Assembly (NCBI GenBank): GCA_030668825.1
Contig: DAOVET010000085.1
Location: forward strand, 1 to 11,312
Direction of reading: 5' to 3'
Length of the DNA: 11,312 bases
Origin: Candidatus Heimdallarchaeota archaeon
GTDB lineage: Archaea; Asgardarchaeota; Heimdallarchaeia; Heimdallarchaeales; Heimdallarchaeaceae
The notes beneath the pieces are model-generated. The model had not been told where the DNA came from. It made no database searches and saw only the letters and a list, made by a program, of their open reading frames with translations. A program made the translations under genes and the position numbers. Shown piece after piece: positions 6,861 to 11,312 of this stretch. Position 1 is the stretch's first letter; every line of letters begins with the position of its first letter.

Positions 6861-8660
6861 ATGTCAATAGAGAAACAAAAAATCCTACCTCCTGAAGATA
6901 GGATACCTTCTACAAAATATAGAATAAAAATTCGTGAAACTATTCGCAGAAGATTAGCAGAAGAAGAGAATTTCTATCCTTTAGAACTTGAAGATTTTGA
7001 TGAAGTTGAATATAAACCTTATACAACAACTGAGAAAGAAGATGAAAGCATTCCTTCTGTAAAATTCATTATAGATAAGTATTATATGCTGAGAATCGCT
7101 AATGATGCTTCAAAGATTCTTGTTTCCGCATATCTTGATTATGGTTATCTTAAAACAAATAGAGTGAAGGAAGTTGTCGATGTAAATAAGAAGAAACCTT
7201 TCCTTAGTACTCCTAAGGGTAGATGTGTTATCCGATTATTTAACGATGATTTCTGTGAATTAGCAGAAATTCCTATGAAACATTCTTCATCCTTCTCCTT
7301 TCATCCAGTATCAGCAGCACCTCAGCTATTTTTGGGCTTGATCGAAAATCTAGTTGAAAATAAGGAATATCATTATAGAATCGAATGTTATAACAAAGAT
7401 GAAGAATTAATAGGTGCATCTAAAATAAAGGAATTTACAGCTGGTGTTCAATCAAATAAACAACCGGTTTTTTTTGTTTCTGTTTCAGATCTGCATGGAG
7501 GATCAAGAGCAAGATTCAAAAGAGGAAAAGTTGTAGGGTTCAGAGCTAAAAATAACCCTAGACTAGAACGCTTAATGAAGAATATTCATATCAAAGAGTT
7601 AGAATACACTTTTGATAAAGGATACCAAGTTTTCACAACTAGTGGCGATAACGTAGATAATGGCTCATATCATGAATACTGGGCGGATCTTTTTGCATGT
7701 GGCAATGTAAATTTCACAAGAATACCTTTTACTCCTACAATAGGAAATCATGATTATTTCAATGGTGGTTGGGGTCGTGCTTCGTGGTTTGGTGGTAAAG
7801 CAAGAACTCAGAAGCACTTTCACATGTTCATTCAAACTCCAAGAACGAAAGGAGGGGCTTATTTCTCTCAAGATGTAGGAAATGTTTGCATGATTCATCT
7901 GGATTCAATTGGTCTGAATTGGGGAAATGAAAGTATCGCTTGTGATAGTAGACAATGGAATTGGTTGAATGAAGAACTAAAAGAATGGAGAAGAAAAGCG
8001 ATAGAAGAACAAGGACCTCAATTTTGTATTGTTTTCCTACATTCAGCTATCTTCACAATTGGTTACTTTGGAAGAGCTAGAAATAATTCTGATGCTCTTG
8101 CACAAGCATGTTTAACACCCTTGTTTGATGATTATGGTGTTAGTGCTGCGATTTTTGGACATGACCATCTCTATCAAAGGTCATTGTGGAGAAGCACACA
8201 ATACATGTGCATTGGTGTCTCTGGTAAGATGTCAATTAATTACTTTGATTGGTTAAGAAATAGAACAGATTATAAGATAATGAAAGACGAAGAAGGTGAG
8301 ACGGCTAGGGGGTATGGAGTCACTTACGTTGCACCAAATGTAAAAGATATGTCTGAAGATGAGAAAATAAGATTTGAAGAATGGCTATTTTCGGTAAAAA
8401 ATAAGATTGTGAATTCAGATCTTTCAAAGTTTCATATCTTTGAAACTGAGGAAGAAATAGAGGATTATAAAGAATTAATGGTAAATAGGGGATTAAAAGA
8501 GAAATTTATCGAAGAACAAATAATAGCAAAAATGAGAACCTGTATTTGGTGGCGATATTATAACCTAAAGGGTAAATTGGTTGACAGTGCATTTATGGAG
8601 ACTGTAGAAAGAGTTCTAGATGAAGATTACATTAACTGTCCTAATCCACATATTAGATGA
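6861..8660 (+). CDS. Calcineurin-like metallophosphoesterase, purple-acid-phosphatase-like architecture with FN3-like N-terminal domain; predicted cytoplasmic
   Basis: Metal-binding motifs SDLHG, GDNVD, GNHD, FLH and GHDH. The upstream IENLVENKEYHYRI resembles the FN3 L-x-P-x-T-x-Y-x-Y-R strand. ATG 6861 (MSIEKQ..., 599 aa) is preferred over TTG 6789, which overlaps the upstream gene. Confidence 0.88.
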   Translation: MSIEKQKILPPEDRIPSTKYRIKIRETIRRRLAEEENFYPLELEDFDEVEYKPYTTTEKEDESIPSVKFIIDKYYMLRIANDASKILVSAYLDYGYLKTNRVKEVVDVNKKKPFLSTPKGRCVIRLFNDDFCELAEIPMKHSSSFSFHPVSAAPQLFLGLIENLVENKEYHYRIECYNKDEELIGASKIKEFTAGVQSNKQPVFFVSVSDLHGGSRARFKRGKVVGFRAKNNPRLERLMKNIHIKELEYTFDKGYQVFTTSGDNVDNGSYHEYWADLFACGNVNFTRIPFTPTIGNHDYFNGGWGRASWFGGKARTQKHFHMFIQTPRTKGGAYFSQDVGNVCMIHLDSIGLNWGNESIACDSRQWNWLNEELKEWRRKAIEEQGPQFCIVFLHSAIFTIGYFGRARNNSDALAQACLTPLFDDYGVSAAIFGHDHLYQRSLWRSTQYMCIGVSGKMSINYFDWLRNRTDYKIMKDEEGETARGYGVTYVAPNVKDMSEDEKIRFEEWLFSVKNKIVNSDLSKFHIFETEEEIEDYKELMVNRGLKEKFIEEQIIAKMRTCIWWRYYNLKGKLVDSAFMETVERVLDEDYINCPNPHIR

Positions 8661-8704
8661 AACAAAAAAAAATAAAAAAATGAAAAAAGAAGAAGAAAGA
8701 GAGG
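8661..8704 (-). terminator. Poly-pyrimidine/oligo-T terminator region for the minus-strand membrane protein gene
   Basis: The 44-bp spacer between convergent genes is almost entirely A/G on +, which gives several long T runs immediately after the stop on the minus strand. Confidence 0.6.
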
Positions 8705-10102
8705 TTATTTTGCAGGCTTTAAGCTTGCACCACATTTTATGCAGAATGAAGAGTCAGGGGGGTTATTGCTGTCACAGAATGGGCATTTGACTTCTACACC
8801 TTCAACAACTTCCTCAACTTTCTTTTCTTCTTTTACATCTACTTTGTCAGTGACTTCAGATACTAACTCATCGTGAATTTTCTTAGCTTCTGGAGAAACT
8901 TCTTGGATTTCTCCTGGATCAACTTGAGAAGCGTCAAATAAGATGTTGTTTTGTGTATCGAAACCAATGGTTCCAAGACCGAGGTTGATAATCTTCCAAG
9001 CATCCATGCGAACTAGTTCAGAAGCTGATCTTAGAATTCTTGCAGCTTCAGTAATATAGATTGCTTTGTGACTTTCGACTAATCTAATGAGTTTTTCACG
9101 TCTATTGCGACCTGCAAAATAGACTATGATAGATACACCAAGTAGTGTAATTGGGAATACTACAATTATATACCAAGTTCCTGTAACAGCTCCAGTCAAT
9201 AGGAAGAATAAGGCTATGACTACTAAGACTCTTTCAGCTATAGAGGTAGAATCCCAAGTTTTAACCAAGAATCTCTTGAAATCACCTTTGGGATATTCTT
9301 TAGCTTGACCAGCTACAACATAATTTGAAGAGATATTCTGGATAGCAGGAGTTCTTTTAACAGAAACTGAAGAGGTTCTCCTAATAGCTGGAATAGCTGG
9401 GGCTGCAGGTGCAGCTTTTACACCTTTTACAGCTGGAGCAGCTTTAGCAGCTGGGGCGGCAGGAGCTACGGAATGAGATCTGTAATCATAACTAGATCGT
9501 CTATCTCTACCTCTTCTTCTATCATCACCATTGATATATCTTTGACCAAAAATAGGTATAATGATTAAAACCTTAAGAATATACGCAACAGTGTAAAGAG
9601 ATAGAATTGTAATCCAGAGGGCTAGAAATAGTCCTATAGCAAGAAGAGCTATAATTTTAGCTCGATCAGCAGATACGTAATGTACCTCAAAATTGAGTGA
9701 GTCTACATAATCGTAATTATATACGACTAAATAATGGTCTACACCTTTTGCTTCTATCCATCTGAATGGAAGATCATTATTTGTTGTAAGTACATAATCT
9801 TGAGGAGTTGAATCATTAGAACTAATCCAACTTTCATATTGAGTTTCTGTCAATAGATAAATCTCTATGTCCTCGAAACTTACAGGATATGTTGTAACAT
9901 CATAATAGAATAGAAGATCACCCATAACTTGCATATGTACTGTTTCAGTACCATTGGGTTCAACAGTTAATTCATGCATATTATATCCTCCTTCACTGTA
10001 TATTACTCCAGATAAAACACCAGCTGGTACAATTGTTAAGCTAATAAATACTATTGCTACAATGACCAGACCGTTCATGTATTGAAATCTTGTTTTTGCC
10101 AT
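8705..10102 (-). CDS. Multi-pass membrane protein: N-terminal anchor, ~110-aa beta-rich ectodomain, TM, Arg-rich and Ala/Pro linker, two TMs, winged-helix (PCI-like) segment, C-terminal zinc ribbon
   Basis: 465 aa with hydrophobic runs at about aa 11-34, 150-185 and 292-330; low-complexity APAAPAAKAAPA linker; CPFC-x10-CIKC at the C-terminus; SD-like GGTGG 7 nt before the ATG. The winged-helix call is by pattern only. Confidence 0.8.
   Translation of the reverse strand: MAKTRFQYMNGLVIVAIVFISLTIVPAGVLSGVIYSEGGYNMHELTVEPNGTETVHMQVMGDLLFYYDVTTYPVSFEDIEIYLLTETQYESWISSNDSTPQDYVLTTNNDLPFRWIEAKGVDHYLVVYNYDYVDSLNFEVHYVSADRAKIIALLAIGLFLALWITILSLYTVAYILKVLIIIPIFGQRYINGDDRRRGRDRRSSYDYRSHSVAPAAPAAKAAPAVKGVKAAPAAPAIPAIRRTSSVSVKRTPAIQNISSNYVVAGQAKEYPKGDFKRFLVKTWDSTSIAERVLVVIALFFLLTGAVTGTWYIIVVFPITLLGVSIIVYFAGRNRREKLIRLVESHKAIYITEAARILRSASELVRMDAWKIINLGLGTIGFDTQNNILFDASQVDPGEIQEVSPEAKKIHDELVSEVTDKVDVKEEKKVEEVVEGVEVKCPFCDSNNPPDSSFCIKCGASLKPAK
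9383..9467 (-). repeat. Degenerate 9-nt tandem repeat encoding tripeptides APA-APA-AKA-APA-VKG-VKA-APA-APA-IPA
   Basis: Minus strand reads gctcctgcc gccccagct gctaaagct gctccagct gtaaaaggt gtaaaagct gcacctgca gccccagct attccagct; a locally GC-rich patch in an AT-rich window. Confidence 0.75.
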
Positions 10103-10112
10103 TTTTTACCAC

Positions 10113-10157
10113 CGAGATAGTTAATCTTTGTTTGCCCTTAGAGGGCTTTAACTCTCG
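10113..10157 (-). promoter_or_regulatory. Structured 5' leader (nested stem-loop) of the membrane protein mRNA
   Basis: Minus-strand RNA CGAGA-GUUAA-A-GCCCU-CUA-AGGGC-AAACAAAGA-UUAAC-UA-UCUCG: three stacked 5-bp helices whose last base overlaps the SD-like GGUGG. Confidence 0.5.
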
Positions 10158-10166
10158 AATTGTTTT

Positions 10167-10184
10167 TAACTACTAAGGTAGTAA
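10167..10184. promoter_or_regulatory. Palindromic operator copy 1 (TAACTAC-TAAG-GTAGTAA), candidate TrmB-family site
   Basis: ACTAC-N4-GTAGT inverted repeat at 10169-10182; 15/18 identical to copy 2, which starts 48 bp further along. Confidence 0.72.
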
Positions 10185-10194
10185 ATCACAGACA

Positions 10195-10213
10195 TATATA
10201 AATATTCGCTTTT
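10195..10213 (-). promoter_or_regulatory. BRE/TATA promoter for the minus-strand membrane protein gene
   Basis: Minus strand reads AAAAGCGAATA-TTTATATA: a purine-rich BRE-like stretch followed by a consensus archaeal TATA box (10202-10195). Predicted start site near 10171. Confidence 0.65.
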
Positions 10214-10214
10214 G

Positions 10215-10232
10215 TAACTACCGCGGTAGTAA
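10215..10232. promoter_or_regulatory. Palindromic operator copy 2 (TAACTAC-CGCG-GTAGTAA), candidate TrmB-family site
   Basis: Perfect 14-bp palindrome ACTACCGCGGTAGT at 10217-10230, lying between the two divergent TATA boxes. Confidence 0.75.
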
Positions 10233-10245
10233 GTAAATACCAAAC

Positions 10246-10253
10246 TTTATAAA
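10246..10253 (+). promoter_or_regulatory. TATA box (TTTATAAA) for a probably leaderless TrmB-family transcript
   Basis: Consensus TATA ending 24 nt before ATG 10278; no SD in front of the ATG. Confidence 0.6.
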
Positions 10254-10277
10254 CATATACAACTAAGAAAAATTAGA

Positions 10278-11246
10278 ATGTCGAAACAAAGCGACTTAGT
10301 AGAGGATCTTAAACTGTTTGGATTATCAGAATATGAATCTAGAGCATTCTTAGAAATAGTACGCATGGGTAGTGCTACTGCACCTAAACTAGCAGAGGAG
10401 ACAAAAATACCCCAAGCAAAAATCTATGGTGTTTTAGAAGATCTCTCTAATAGAGGCTTTGTATATAAAGATGAAAATAAAAAACCTGCTATATACTTTG
10501 CAGACAAACCTATCAAGAGATTTAAGGAATTTCTTAAACAATTTACAGACGCATCTACAAAAGTTTCTGATGCATTAGAACAGTTTTACGAGACAGCTGG
10601 TGGTGCACATAAATATGGTTTCTATTCTGCTGGAAACTTTACTGAAAAACAGAATATAGATGATTTTATTTATATTTTCGCAAAAGATGATAGTTTGTTT
10701 AAGAAATTCTTTACAGGTAAAAAGGTTAAAGTTGATGGAATAGAAACTTCTCATAATTTCTATAGGGTAGGGGGAATATCTGATGCTTTAGTAGCATTTG
10801 CACGTCATAGAATGATAATATTAATTGATAAGGGCGATAGAGTACAATTTGTTTCAATAGAAGATCCCATCTTTGCTCAAACAATTGATCAGTTGATGGC
10901 TTTATCTTCAATAAATCGTTCTCTTACAACAGAAATGCTTGACATTCAACAGCTTGAAGATGAAAAAATGCTCTATTTAGATTCTATTCATCATGCAGAA
11001 GGTACTGTTTTTGGTGAAAAAGGTACTTTGTGGATATCTAACAAACGCTTTTTCCTTAAGATACCTGGTAAAGATACCTATGCTGTACCTATTTTTGCAA
11101 TAGAATCATGTACAGTCAATCCCGAAGGTCGTCTTGAACTGAATGTTAAAGGAAGAGAAAGAGCTGAAGAAATAACTATCTATCCAGAATCAGATTCTTC
11201 TATAATAGCAAACTTAGTTAATTTCATTTTGGAAAATGGAAAATAG
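10278..11246 (+). CDS. TrmB-family transcriptional regulator with C-terminal GRAM/PH-like domain
   Basis: The N-terminus LKLFGLSEYESRAFLEIVRMGSATAPKLAEETKIPQAKIYGVLEDLSNRGFV...PAIYFA is the TrmB winged HTH, followed by a coiled-coil helix. The middle region ends in a TrmB-effector-like IEDPIFAQTI. The C-terminal LEDEKML...GTLWISNKRFFL...VPIFAIESC...LELNV...terminal helix fits a PH-like fold (less certain than the TrmB call). Confidence 0.88.
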   Translation: MSKQSDLVEDLKLFGLSEYESRAFLEIVRMGSATAPKLAEETKIPQAKIYGVLEDLSNRGFVYKDENKKPAIYFADKPIKRFKEFLKQFTDASTKVSDALEQFYETAGGAHKYGFYSAGNFTEKQNIDDFIYIFAKDDSLFKKFFTGKKVKVDGIETSHNFYRVGGISDALVAFARHRMIILIDKGDRVQFVSIEDPIFAQTIDQLMALSSINRSLTTEMLDIQQLEDEKMLYLDSIHHAEGTVFGEKGTLWISNKRFFLKIPGKDTYAVPIFAIESCTVNPEGRLELNVKGRERAEEITIYPESDSSIIANLVNFILENGK

Positions 11247-11257
11247 AAGCATAATTA

Positions 11258-11311
11258 TTATGTTCTAATTTGAAGTTTTTTAGTTAGAATATACCATCCA
11301 CTTCCTAAAGA
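11258..11311 (-). CDS. Possible 3' end of a convergent gene entering from beyond the window (…SLGSGWYILTKKLQIRT*)
   Basis: Open minus-strand frame from the window edge to a TAA TAA double stop. The peptide looks like the end of a TM helix plus a basic tail. Too short to be sure. Confidence 0.3.
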   Translation of the reverse strand, partial: SLGSGWYILTKKLQIRT

Positions 11312-11312
11312 A

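Noticed and set aside
7665-7898. 77-aa minus-strand ORF
   Set aside because: Antisense to the catalytic core of the metallophosphoesterase.
9126-9308. 60-aa plus-strand ORF
   Set aside because: Antisense shadow of the TM hairpin of the membrane protein.
10167-10232. Two 18-bp repeats with a 30-bp gap as a mini-CRISPR array or transposon ends
   Set aside because: Only two short copies, mismatches concentrated in the palindrome centre, the gap is a TATA/BRE promoter, and there is no cas or transposase gene; the operator interpretation fits better.
10726-10911. 61-aa minus-strand ORF
   Set aside because: Antisense within the TrmB-family gene; no support.

Overview
AT-rich, gene-dense archaeal-type window, most probably from an Asgard archaeon. 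The evidence is a gelsolin-domain gene, a TrmB-family regulator, BRE/TATA-type promoters, a GAGGTGA ribosome-binding site and C-terminal zinc ribbons. Gene order: 3' end of a multi-domain gelsolin-like gene (1-381, larger than the ORF track shows); AttH/CrtC-like lipocalin-fold protein; MacB/LolD-type ABC operon (ATPase, double-FtsX permease, second ATPase with AbrB-like and zinc-ribbon tail); histidine phosphatase; calcineurin-like metallophosphoesterase with an FN3-like N-domain. These are followed by a divergent pair: a membrane protein (ectodomain, Ala/Pro linker, winged-helix/PCI-like segment, zinc ribbon) and a TrmB-type regulator ending in a GRAM/PH-like domain. The 175-bp spacer of that pair holds two copies of the palindrome TAACTAC-N4-GTAGTAA, back-to-back TATA boxes and a structured 5' leader, making it the best candidate for an undescribed regulatory module. 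No RNA genes, CRISPR array or mobile element were seen. All family calls are by-eye motif recognition, not database searches.
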